Positions 55,601-64,000 of a stretch of 64,000 bases of DNA are shown here, piece after piece. The stretch is taken from positions 60 through 64,059 of the forward strand of contig CAVJSS010000001.1 of assembly GCA_963652335.1 (NCBI GenBank), in the 5' to 3' direction. The notes beneath the pieces were generated by a model. The model had not been told where the DNA came from, did not search any database, and saw nothing but the letters and a program-made list of their open reading frames with translations. The DNA comes from an uncultured Eubacteriales bacterium. GTDB lineage: Bacteria > Bacillota_I > Bacilli_A > RFN20 > CAG-826. The stretch's first letter is position 1. Each line of letters opens with the position of its first letter. Made by a program: the position numbers and the translations under genes.

Positions 55601-57217
55601 ATGGATTTGCTTAAGATAAACGAGGTTGCCAGTATCTCTGGGATCGATCTTCAATTCCTCGAGCCTTATGGATATTATAAAGCCAAGATAAATCCCGATA
55701 TCCTTTTAAGCAAAAAGAAGAAACAAGACGGAAAGCTTATCTTGGTAACCGCGATTACGCCCACTAAGGCTGGCGAAGGGAAAACCACGACTTCCATAGC
55801 CTTGGCTGAAGGCTTTGGAGAGATCGGCCAAAAATGCATGCTCTGTCTAAGGGAGCCGGCTCTCGGACCAGTCTTTGGAATCAAAGGTGGTGCCACAGGC
55901 GGCGGTCTTGCCTCAATTGGTCCTGCGGAAGACATAAATCTTCATTTTACCGGAGACATGCACGCCTTAACCAGCTCAATAAATCTTATTTCCGCCATCA
56001 TCGATAACCATATCTATCAAGGAAATGAGCTTAATATCGATCCCAATCGCATCGTCTGGAAAAGGGCGATGGATATGAACGATCGCGCCTTGAGACACAT
56101 TACGGTTGGCCAAGGTGATAAGAAAGGAACGCCAAGAGAAGACGGCTTTGTTATAACCGTCGCTTCGGAAATGATGGCCATTTTGTGTTTGGCCAAAGAT
56201 CCTGAAGATTTCTGTCTGCGGCTAGAAAAGATAATCGTGGCCTATACTTACGATGGCAAGCCTATAACGGTCAATGATTTGAAAATCACCCATGCGATCA
56301 TGCGCTTGATGAATGATGCTTTAAAGCCGAATCTCGTCCAAACCCTCGAACATCAACCTGCCATCCTCCATGGCGGGCCATTTGCCAACATTGCTCATGG
56401 CTGTAATTCCTTAATAGCCACCAAAATGGGGCTGAAATTGGCTCCGATAGTGATCACTGAAGCTGGGTTTGCCGCTGATTTAGGCGCTGAAAAATTCTTG
56501 GATATAGCTTCTAGAGAAGGCGGATTGCATCCAGACCTTACCATAATGGTAGCTACGATAAGAGCTTTGAAAATGCATGGCGGAATGAAATTCGAAGACC
56601 TGGAAAAAGAAAATCTTGATGCTTTGAAAGAAGGCATGGCCAACCTTGAAGTCCATACGGAAAACATCAAGAAATTCGGCGTCCCTGTCATCGTTGCGAT
56701 CAATCATTTTTCATCCGATACCGAGCAGGAAGTCAATTTTGTTTTGAATTGGTGCAGAAATCATCATTACGAAGTCGCTTTCTTGGATGGCTTCTTGAAA
56801 GGCGGAAAAGGCTCAGTTGAATTGGCTGAAAAAGCCAAATTCATGTTGGATAATTTTCCGAGCGACTACCACCCACTTTATGATTTGAAATGGCCTATTA
56901 GAAAGAAAATAGAAACCATTTGCAAAGATATATATCGCGCCGGAGAAGTCATATATGAAGAAAAGGCTTTAGAACAAATCCGCGAATACGAAAAGATGGG
57001 TTTTTCGAACGCCTATATCTGTATGGCGAAGACTCCAAACTCGTTGACTGATAATCCTAAAATTTATGGTGCCCCCATCGGCCATACGATCACCGTTCGT
57101 GAATGTAATTTGTCAGCTGGCGCTAATTTCATCGTCGTTTTGACAGGGAAAGTCGAAACGATGCCAGGCCTCCCCAAAATTCCTAATGCGGTAAAAATGG
57201 AGGATGAACGATGGTAG
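55601..57217 (+). CDS. fhs: Formate--tetrahydrofolate ligase
   Basis: 538 aa with the motif PTKAGEGKTTTSIALA. Confidence 0.95.
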   Translation: MDLLKINEVASISGIDLQFLEPYGYYKAKINPDILLSKKKKQDGKLILVTAITPTKAGEGKTTTSIALAEGFGEIGQKCMLCLREPALGPVFGIKGGATGGGLASIGPAEDINLHFTGDMHALTSSINLISAIIDNHIYQGNELNIDPNRIVWKRAMDMNDRALRHITVGQGDKKGTPREDGFVITVASEMMAILCLAKDPEDFCLRLEKIIVAYTYDGKPITVNDLKITHAIMRLMNDALKPNLVQTLEHQPAILHGGPFANIAHGCNSLIATKMGLKLAPIVITEAGFAADLGAEKFLDIASREGGLHPDLTIMVATIRALKMHGGMKFEDLEKENLDALKEGMANLEVHTENIKKFGVPVIVAINHFSSDTEQEVNFVLNWCRNHHYEVAFLDGFLKGGKGSVELAEKAKFMLDNFPSDYHPLYDLKWPIRKKIETICKDIYRAGEVIYEEKALEQIREYEKMGFSNAYICMAKTPNSLTDNPKIYGAPIGHTITVRECNLSAGANFIVVLTGKVETMPGLPKIPNAVKMEDERW

Positions 57218-57426
57218 AATTCAATCTTTTCGATATCGTTGAGATGAAAAAGCCTCACCCTTGCAAAGAAAAAAACAAAAAGTTCCAAGTTGTCAGAGTC
57301 GGGGCCGATATCAAAATAAAATGTCTTAGTTGTGGAAACGTCATCATGATGGAGAGAGAAAAATTCGAATCTTCAATGAGAAAAGTCATATCCCATAGCG
57401 ATGTGCCTATTGATATAGGTAAGTAA
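57211..57426 (+). CDS. DUF951-family small protein (YyzM-like)
   Basis: 71 aa with the motif DIVEMKKPHPC....VVRVGADIKIKCLSCG. It overlaps the fhs stop. Confidence 0.75.
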   Translation: MVEFNLFDIVEMKKPHPCKEKNKKFQVVRVGADIKIKCLSCGNVIMMEREKFESSMRKVISHSDVPIDIGK

Positions 57427-57450
57427 AAACGTTCCTTTTCTGACTATAAG

Positions 57451-59469
57451 TTGGTGGAGGATCTTTTTATTTTCGTAGTCAAGAAAGCATCCAAAAGTTT
57501 TGGTCCAAAGGAAAATGGCTTTTTCGCTTTGAAGGACATCTCTTTGACTTTTCCTCCCAGAGGCCTGGTTGGCTTGCTTGGGAAATCCGGATCCGGCAAA
57601 TCCACCTTGCTTAATTTGCTTTCAGGAAACGAAAAGCCATCCTCGGGACGGGTTCTCTTTAATGGCAAGAACATAGCCAAATTGAAAAAGAACGAATTGG
57701 AAGAAATAAGAAACCATTCATTTGGATTTGTTTACCAACATTTCAATTTAATTGAATACCTATCTGTTTTGGAAAACATTTCGTTGCCTTTGCTTATTAG
57801 GGGAGAAACCAAGAAAGAAGCTTACAAAGCTGCCACGAAATTGCTTGAGAGTCTAAATATGTCTTTTTTGAAAGACAAGAAAGTTTCGTTGCTTTCTGGC
57901 GGCGAAAAGCAAAGGATATGTCTTCTAAGGGCAATTATCGGAAATCCTGACGTAATATTCGCCGATGAACCAACCGGGGCGCTGGATAAAGATAACGGCG
58001 TGCTTGTGATGGAACTTCTAAAAGAACAGGCCAAGGACAAATTGGTGATAGTGATTTCGCACAACGAGGAGTTGATAAAACGATATTCCGATTACGTTAT
58101 ACGTCTTAAAGATGGATATGTGGTTGAGTCGAATTTGAATTTTGAGGGAGAACGTAGGGTTCGGAAGTCTTATGAAAAAACCAAAAGAAGCAAATGGATA
58201 TGGCCAATTCTTTTTGGGCATTTCAAGAGGAACAAAGGCAAAAATTCTTTCACCTTGATTTCAAGTCTAATCGGCTTTCTGACAATCATGTTATCGTTTG
58301 GCTTTTTCAATGGATCTCAAATCGTTGCCAAGAACGAAACAAAAAGGCTATTGACCAAATTCAACGCTGGCATAAGCAAAAAGGAAACCGTAGATTTAAA
58401 AGATTCGCCGATCTCCTTAACCAAATTATCCAGACCATCTATTGAAGAAATAAATAATATCGTCAGCGAAAACGTGGAAGTAGGTTATGATTTATCTTAT
58501 TTCATTCCTTCTAAGAGCACGATTAGAAACGAAAATGGAAGCGTTCATGAATCATCTCTGATGCCATTGTTATTGAAAAGCTGCGATACATACTATGATT
58601 TGCTAAATGATAAATTCTTTGATGCAACGATTCGAAATGGTTGCGTTGTGAATAATCAATTCGTTGCGGAAACCAACTGTTTTATAGGCGAAACGATCAC
58701 ATTGAAGCACGAAATAGCGATGCTTATCAATGATAAGAAAGAAACAATATCGATTAAGTACGAATTCGTCATCGCTAGCGTTGCTTCCGAGTTCTCGTTT
58801 TTGAATGGGCCAAGGCTTTATTATGATTATGAGACAATAAGGGAATCCCTTCTGGAATATGAAACCGAGGAAGGGAGCAATCTGTTTGAATTAATAGAAA
58901 ACGCGTCGCCGTCAGAATCGTTATCATGCTATCAATTAATGTTGTTTCCACTCAATGAAATCGGAGTGGAAGAAGTAGAAAATCTCAGCAATTCAAATGG
59001 TTTTTCGCTGACGTCTAATTACCAAATTGTCAAAGATTCATTTGAGTCGCTCCACAAAGCTGTCAATTTGTCATTGACCCCATTTGTGGTCTTAGAGGCG
59101 ATAATGGTGGTTTTCATTTCTGGGTTTGTTTCTTATTCGACCTTTTTGGATCAAAAAAAGGAGGCCGCTGTTTTGAGTGCACTCGGCGCAACCAAATCCT
59201 CACTAATAAAAATTTATGTTCTCGAAGGAATCATTTTAACTTCTTGCGGAATGGCATTGGCTTTAGCTTTATCGTTCCCATTTGAATTTGGGCTCAATTG
59301 GTATTTGGCTTCAAAGCTTGAATTATCAAATCTAATAAGAATCCCTTTTGGCTTGCTGTTTATCCTCGCCTTATTGATTTTTTCTATATTTCTTGGCTTT
59401 GTCGGGACAAGAGTGCCGCTGGGCGGATTGTCGAGGTGTCCATTATCGGAGGCTTTAAAAGAAGAATGA
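57451..59469 (+). CDS. MacB-type fused ABC transporter (N-terminal ATPase plus FtsX-like 4-TM permease)
   Basis: 672-aa ORF (TTG start in the track; the true start is uncertain). Walker A GKSGSGKST, signature LSGGEKQR, Walker B IFADEPTGALD. One TM is followed by an extracytoplasmic domain of about 250 aa and then three TMs. Confidence 0.85.
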   Translation: MVEDLFIFVVKKASKSFGPKENGFFALKDISLTFPPRGLVGLLGKSGSGKSTLLNLLSGNEKPSSGRVLFNGKNIAKLKKNELEEIRNHSFGFVYQHFNLIEYLSVLENISLPLLIRGETKKEAYKAATKLLESLNMSFLKDKKVSLLSGGEKQRICLLRAIIGNPDVIFADEPTGALDKDNGVLVMELLKEQAKDKLVIVISHNEELIKRYSDYVIRLKDGYVVESNLNFEGERRVRKSYEKTKRSKWIWPILFGHFKRNKGKNSFTLISSLIGFLTIMLSFGFFNGSQIVAKNETKRLLTKFNAGISKKETVDLKDSPISLTKLSRPSIEEINNIVSENVEVGYDLSYFIPSKSTIRNENGSVHESSLMPLLLKSCDTYYDLLNDKFFDATIRNGCVVNNQFVAETNCFIGETITLKHEIAMLINDKKETISIKYEFVIASVASEFSFLNGPRLYYDYETIRESLLEYETEEGSNLFELIENASPSESLSCYQLMLFPLNEIGVEEVENLSNSNGFSLTSNYQIVKDSFESLHKAVNLSLTPFVVLEAIMVVFISGFVSYSTFLDQKKEAAVLSALGATKSSLIKIYVLEGIILTSCGMALALALSFPFEFGLNWYLASKLELSNLIRIPFGLLFILALLIFSIFLGFVGTRVPLGGLSRCPLSEALKEE

Positions 59470-62237
59470 AAGTTCTGCTAAAAGACGTTACTAAAAAGTT
59501 CGGGAAGCGAGTCATATTTCACAAAGTTTCTTTTTCGTTTGCTAACAAAGGCTTGTATGCGTTGGTCGGGGCTTCAGGATCAGGCAAATCGACCTTGCTT
59601 GAGATGATTGCTGGAATCGATACCAAATATGATGGAAAAGTAGTTGTAAACAAGAAGAATCTCAAAAATAAAACAGAAGATTTTATTGATGACTTCCGTT
59701 TAAAAAATATCGGCTATTTAAGACAAGGCTATGATCTTTTAGAACTAGAAAATTGCCTAGATAACATAATTCTTCCTCTTAAAGCGGTTTCCAGAGAAGA
59801 CAATAAATTCCAAAAGAAAAGAGCTAAGGCCCTATGCAAACAAATCGATATCGGTGACAAATTGGAAGATACGGTAAAATGCTTAAGCGGTGGCGAGAAA
59901 CAAAGAGTTGGTTTCATTCGTTCCATCATCAATTCGCCTTCTGTTTTGCTTTGCGATGAGCCAACCGGTGCTTTGGATGAAAAAAACGCTGTATGTATCT
60001 ATGAAAAAATCAAAGAAGCATCTAAAACTATGCTTGTTATCATGGTCACTCATGACGAAGGAGCGGCTTATAAATATGCGGATTGTGTTCTAAATATCGA
60101 AAACAATTCTTTGAACGTGATAAAAGATGCTGAACAAGAAGATCGAGACATAGGACGATTCAAAATGAAAAAAAGGTCCAAAACTAAACGGATCTCATCT
60201 TTTTCTTGGATCAAACATGCGTATCATCTTTGCAAAGAAAGAAAAAAACGTTCCCTTCTCTCATTCTCTGTCTTGTCGTTTTCATTCATCTCTTTGGGTC
60301 TTGCGACTTATTTAAGCAACGATATTTCCGTTGAGATAAATCGTTCATTCGCATCGATCCTTGGAAACGGATCCATTGTTATGCAACGCAGCGGAGCTTC
60401 TTCCACAACGATTGGAAGAACCATAACCGCAGATGAGAATGAATTGTCTAAAATGGTGGACGACATTCCTGAAATCAAGGATTATGGAACTTACTATTTC
60501 GCAGATTTCGATTCTTATTTCAAAGATCTTGACACCGTATATATTGATAATGGTGCCAATAAAATTACTTTAAAAGGATTATCGATAAGATCAATTAATG
60601 AATATCTATGGCTGGACGATATCGGAAGTCTCGAATGTTATCCGGAATTTCCCAAAACGTTGGAAGATGATCAAATCGTTTTGGGCCTGCCTTATGCGGA
60701 CATGTTTCAGATTTGCTTTCAGTTGCATATTCTTAGAGACTATGAACATCTTGGCGACTATATTGCCGATAACGGATTGGAGATTATCTTTTCGGTATCG
60801 AATCAAGAATGGAATTACGATGATGAACAGATAGTATCCGTCAACGCCGTTGTGCCATATTCCGTCCCTACTATCTTTTCTTATAACCATCGGTGGTCAG
60901 AACATATGTATGAGCAAAGAATGTGTTTTCCAACTACTGACAGCGAGGAATTCACCTTGCCATGGATGATGCAAAAAGCTTTTTACGTTAAACCATTGAA
61001 CACTTGCTCGGATATGATGAAACAACTTAGGCAGAATTCTCATTACGAAAAATTCATATTTGAGCCGGACAATTACGATTACGATAGAAGCCATTGCAAA
61101 ATCGGGCAGATTTGTGGAACCAAACGTTACTATGTATTTATGGCCGACAAGTCTTCGATATCCATTTCGGATATAGACGTTATTAGGAAACAAGCCGGCA
61201 TTGATTCCTTTATAGTAGGGACTTCTTATACGTATACTTCCTATCCGGAAAACATGATGGCGGGTTTCGCCTTTCCGTTTTACGCAACAAATAGCGTGGA
61301 ATTGGCTGAAATGATGGTTGATCAGGCAACAAGCCTTAGCACAGAACAAGGCGTGACCGAAAACCTGCCGGAAAGAGTGGTAAAAGGAAGCTGCATTCTG
61401 CCTGCATCTACCAGCCTAACGATCTCAAACGATTTCAAGAATCTTATATCCGGTTATAGACCGACGTTAAGTTCCGAAGTTGCGATATCGACTTCTTTGG
61501 CTAAGGAATTGGGCAATCCTCATATACTATTTCTTGTAGGATTGGTAGGCCAAGAACAATTGGGAGAACAGACGAATAACGAATATCGAATCGCCAAAGT
61601 GAAGGTGTGTGGCGTAGTGGAAGATTCGTGGGACAGATTATACGTCGATAGCTATTGGGCGATCGATTTCTTCCGCGATGAATTGGGTATGTCCTCATTT
61701 TTGCTGGAACCCACGAAATGCATTTTCGAATATGAGGATGGCGATTCTGAAAGCTTAATGAGAAACTTTGCCTCGAATTTTCCTGGTTACGAATTCAAAG
61801 ATCCATCTAAAAAGGTAGCAGAATCAAGCAAACAGGTATTCGATTATTTGAAGATATCGTTGTCCTTGGCATCTGTTTCGTGCTTCGTTTTAGCTTTCGT
61901 TTTGCTCTTCGTTACTATAATTCTCACAATCCTCGAAAATGCAAAAGAAGGCAGGATCCTATTCTATTTGGGCTTCAAAAGGAAAGAAATCGGACGTAGC
62001 CTTAATGCGGTAAACATATTGATGAGCTTGCCAAGCATCATCATTTCTTTGGGTGCTGTATCCGCCATGGAGTTTTTCCTTCATCGACAAATAGGCAATA
62101 ACTTTGGGACAATAACCAATTTCGTTTTTTCCCTTAAACCTGTTTTCGCGATCTTAGGCTTTGGACTTTTATCGTTTTCAATCGTTGGGATCTACATTGG
62201 TTTATACGTGAAAAAGCGGGATTTCAAAAAGAAATAA
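59466..62237 (+). CDS. MacB-type fused ABC transporter with an enlarged (~520-aa) extracytoplasmic domain
   Basis: 923 aa from the ATG at 59466, in an ATGA overlap with the upstream gene. Motifs: GASGSGKST, LSGGEKQR, LLCDEPTGALD. TM1 is near aa 275, and three C-terminal TMs follow a long external region. Confidence 0.85.
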   Translation: MKVLLKDVTKKFGKRVIFHKVSFSFANKGLYALVGASGSGKSTLLEMIAGIDTKYDGKVVVNKKNLKNKTEDFIDDFRLKNIGYLRQGYDLLELENCLDNIILPLKAVSREDNKFQKKRAKALCKQIDIGDKLEDTVKCLSGGEKQRVGFIRSIINSPSVLLCDEPTGALDEKNAVCIYEKIKEASKTMLVIMVTHDEGAAYKYADCVLNIENNSLNVIKDAEQEDRDIGRFKMKKRSKTKRISSFSWIKHAYHLCKERKKRSLLSFSVLSFSFISLGLATYLSNDISVEINRSFASILGNGSIVMQRSGASSTTIGRTITADENELSKMVDDIPEIKDYGTYYFADFDSYFKDLDTVYIDNGANKITLKGLSIRSINEYLWLDDIGSLECYPEFPKTLEDDQIVLGLPYADMFQICFQLHILRDYEHLGDYIADNGLEIIFSVSNQEWNYDDEQIVSVNAVVPYSVPTIFSYNHRWSEHMYEQRMCFPTTDSEEFTLPWMMQKAFYVKPLNTCSDMMKQLRQNSHYEKFIFEPDNYDYDRSHCKIGQICGTKRYYVFMADKSSISISDIDVIRKQAGIDSFIVGTSYTYTSYPENMMAGFAFPFYATNSVELAEMMVDQATSLSTEQGVTENLPERVVKGSCILPASTSLTISNDFKNLISGYRPTLSSEVAISTSLAKELGNPHILFLVGLVGQEQLGEQTNNEYRIAKVKVCGVVEDSWDRLYVDSYWAIDFFRDELGMSSFLLEPTKCIFEYEDGDSESLMRNFASNFPGYEFKDPSKKVAESSKQVFDYLKISLSLASVSCFVLAFVLLFVTIILTILENAKEGRILFYLGFKRKEIGRSLNAVNILMSLPSIIISLGAVSAMEFFLHRQIGNNFGTITNFVFSLKPVFAILGFGLLSFSIVGIYIGLYVKKRDFKKK

Positions 62238-62264
62238 ATTCCTTTACCTACTTTTAAAAAACGT

Positions 62265-62273
62265 TGATATAAT
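62265..62273 (+). promoter_or_regulatory. Extended -10 promoter element of the cold-shock gene
   Basis: TGaTATAAT read directly from the sequence, about 50 nt upstream of the csp ATG. Confidence 0.5.
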
Positions 62274-62323
62274 ACCTCTCGGTTTTGAGTTTACGACTCG
62301 ACTAGAAAGTGAAGGTTTTCTTA

Positions 62324-62524
62324 ATGAAGGGAACTGTCAAAATGTTCAACAAGGAAAAAGGCTATGGATTCATCCGTGGCGAGGACAAAAACGACTACTT
62401 TTTCCACTATTCCTCATTAATCATGGAAGGATTTAAGACCACTGAACAAGGCGAAAACGTCGAATTCGAAGTTGTCCAATCCGACCGCGGATTAAGAGCC
62501 CAGAACATCAAGAAAGTCGACTAA
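62324..62524 (+). CDS. cspA: Cold-shock protein (CspA family)
   Basis: 66 aa from the ATG at 62324. RNP1 motif KGYGFI and RNP2-like segment YFFHYS. Confidence 0.92.
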   Translation: MKGTVKMFNKEKGYGFIRGEDKNDYFFHYSSLIMEGFKTTEQGENVEFEVVQSDRGLRAQNIKKVD

Positions 62525-62540
62525 AAGGTCGTGAATTCTT

Positions 62541-62566
62541 ACCCACCATTGGCGGTGGGTTTTTTC
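62541..62566 (+). terminator. Rho-independent terminator after csp
   Basis: Stem ACCCACC / GGTGGGT followed by T5. Confidence 0.85.
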
Positions 62567-62606
62567 TTATTCGACTACGAAACCGTAAAGCATTATGAAC
62601 TTGTGA

Positions 62607-62634
62607 TTGTTCTTTACGTTTAGAGATATATAAT
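62607..62634 (+). promoter_or_regulatory. Candidate promoter of ychF
   Basis: -35 TTGTTC (62607-62612), 16-nt spacer, perfect -10 TATAAT (62629-62634) embedded in the palindrome TAGAGAT-ATATA-ATCTCTA. Confidence 0.5.
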
Positions 62635-62661
62635 CTCTACGTTACTTTTAGGTTTATTTGT

Positions 62662-63774
62662 ATGTCTTTGAAAGCAGGAATCGTCGGATTGCCAAACGTT
62701 GGCAAATCAACATTATTCAACGCTATAACGAATTCTCACGTTTTGGCCGAAAACTATCCATTCGCTACCATCAATCCAAACACGGGCGTCGTCATCGTTC
62801 CGGACGAAAGGCTCGATTACCTAACCGAGAAATTCCATCCTTTGAAGAAAATCAACGCCACATTCGAATTTTACGACATAGCCGGATTGGTTCGTGGCGC
62901 TTCAAAAGGAGAAGGGTTGGGAAATCAATTCTTGGCTGCCATTCGGGAATGCGATGCGATCGTCGAAGTCGTCAGATGTTTTGATAACGAAGCGGTTTTG
63001 CGTTACAACGAAGAACCAGTCGATCCTGCCAATGATATTTCGACCATCAATCTCGAATTGGCAATGTCCGACTTGGATTCGATTGAAGGAAGAATCGCCC
63101 GTCAAGCCACCAAAGCCAGAGTCGGCAGAGATAAAGTAGCCGCTTACGAGCTCCCTATTTTGGAAGCTTTGAAATCCGTTTTAGATCAAGGCCTTCCGGC
63201 CCGAATGGTCAAGGGATTGAGCGACGAACAAATGGAATATGCGAAAAAGAATTTCTTCTTATTGACGCTTAAGCCAATCCTTTATGTTGCCAATGTCAAC
63301 GAAGAGGCTTATTCCGATTTGGATAATTGCAAATACTATCAAACCGTCAAATCCATCGCCGCAGAAGAAAACGCGCAATGCATACCTGTGAGCTGCCAAA
63401 TCGAATATGAGATCTCTCAATTGGATTATGAAGAAAAGAAAGAATTTCTCGATACTCTTGGCGAAAAAGAATCTGGTCTGGATAGGCTGGTCAAGGCTTC
63501 TTATAAACTACTGAATCTTTCGACTTTCTTTACCAGCGGCGCCGACGAATGCCGGGCTTGGACTTTCTCTAACGGCATGTTGGCTCCTCAATGTGCCGGA
63601 ATCATTCATTCTGATTTCGAAAAGGGATTCATCAAAGCGGAAGTCTATTCTTTCGATGATTTCAAAAAATATGGAAGCGAAGCCGAAGTCAAAGCCAACG
63701 GCAAGCTTCGCATGGAAGGCAAAGAATATCAAATGAAGGATGGAGACGTGGTCTTCTTTAGGTTCAACGTATGA
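62662..63774 (+). CDS. ychF: Ribosome-binding ATPase YchF
   Basis: 370 aa with G1 motif GIVGLPNVGKSTLFNAIT and a C-terminal TGS-like domain. Confidence 0.95.
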   Translation: MSLKAGIVGLPNVGKSTLFNAITNSHVLAENYPFATINPNTGVVIVPDERLDYLTEKFHPLKKINATFEFYDIAGLVRGASKGEGLGNQFLAAIRECDAIVEVVRCFDNEAVLRYNEEPVDPANDISTINLELAMSDLDSIEGRIARQATKARVGRDKVAAYELPILEALKSVLDQGLPARMVKGLSDEQMEYAKKNFFLLTLKPILYVANVNEEAYSDLDNCKYYQTVKSIAAEENAQCIPVSCQIEYEISQLDYEEKKEFLDTLGEKESGLDRLVKASYKLLNLSTFFTSGADECRAWTFSNGMLAPQCAGIIHSDFEKGFIKAEVYSFDDFKKYGSEAEVKANGKLRMEGKEYQMKDGDVVFFRFNV

Positions 63775-64000
63775 GGATCGGAATAGGCGAAGACATCCAT
63801 CGTTTGATCAAGGACAGAAAACTGCTTTTAGGGGGCGTGGAAATCCCTGCCGATTTAGGCGAAGACGCTCATTCCGATGGAGATGTACTTTTGCATGCCT
63901 TGGCTGATGCAATTTACGGATCGATTGCCGAAAAGGACATTGGATGGCACTTTCCAAACGATCGTATCGAGACCGAAAATATCGATAGTCGGATAATCGT
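63771..64000 (+). CDS. ispF: 2-C-methyl-D-erythritol 2,4-cyclodiphosphate synthase (partial, runs off the window)
   Basis: ATGA overlap with ychF. The N-terminus MRIGIGEDIHRL...AHSDGDVLLHALADA is typical of IspF. Confidence 0.88.
   Translation, partial: MRIGIGEDIHRLIKDRKLLLGGVEIPADLGEDAHSDGDVLLHALADAIYGSIAEKDIGWHFPNDRIETENIDSRII

Noticed and set aside
1-64000. Possible Mycoplasma-type genetic code (TGA = Trp), given the Mollicutes-like gene content.
   Set aside because: TGA clearly ends well-delimited genes (hipB at 2023-2025, the hipS-like gene at 2349-2351, nfnA at 17483-17485, mnmG at 39426-39428). No conserved protein needs read-through of a TGA. The standard code 11 fits.
1-64000. Search by eye for CRISPR arrays, IS elements and transposases, integrases, prophage genes, and tRNA or rRNA genes.
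   Set aside because: Intergenic spaces are short and accounted for. Apart from the operator and 20-bp repeats already listed, there are no regularly spaced longer direct repeats, no recombinase-like ORFs and no cloverleaf-like segments. Small tRNA-like elements could still be missed without tRNAscan.

Overview
This is a 64-kb chromosomal segment from a low-GC Firmicutes- or Mollicutes-like bacterium. My guess is an Acholeplasma- or Erysipelotrichia-type lineage, and that is inference only. The standard genetic code applies, because TGA ends several genes (hipB, hipS-like, nfnA, mnmG). Coding density is very high, with many ATGA or short overlaps between genes.

Most of the window is housekeeping sequence with Bacillus-like local synteny:
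- nfnAB
- dxs
- recX-yhaM
- hslO and a HIT protein gene
- sufCDSUB-mnmG-rsmG
- an FMN riboswitch followed by ribU
- cmk-der-hup
- dnaD-nth, recU and gpsB-rnpB
- pgsA-cinA-recA-rny-ymdB-miaB-miaA-fhs
- csp, ychF and ispF (truncated at the right edge)

Accessory or unusual content:
1. The left 6.5 kb contains an XRE regulator with an acidic repeat protein, a tripartite HipB-HipS-HipT-like kinase toxin-antitoxin module with three phased operators, a MATE exporter, and a Schlafen/AlbA_2-type regulator preceded by four CGWGAGA repeats at an exact 20-bp period.
2. A four-gene surface lipoprotein cassette (7.2-13.9 kb) holds an M6-like HExxH metalloprotease flanked by two paralogous two-module lipoproteins, followed by a 1064-aa protein with several Big_2 domains.
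3. Two tandem giant PrsA/SurA-like lipoproteins lie at 29.1-32.8 kb.
4. MiaB carries a YmcA/RicA-like C-terminal tail.
5. A 206-aa protein consists of only the head and neck of a CCA-type nucleotidyltransferase.
6. Two translationally coupled MacB-type fused ABC ATPase-permeases sit in a low-GC block (57.4-62.2 kb).

I found no rRNA, tRNA, CRISPR array, IS element or prophage genes. All homology calls rest on motifs I recognise by eye. No database search or structure prediction was run.
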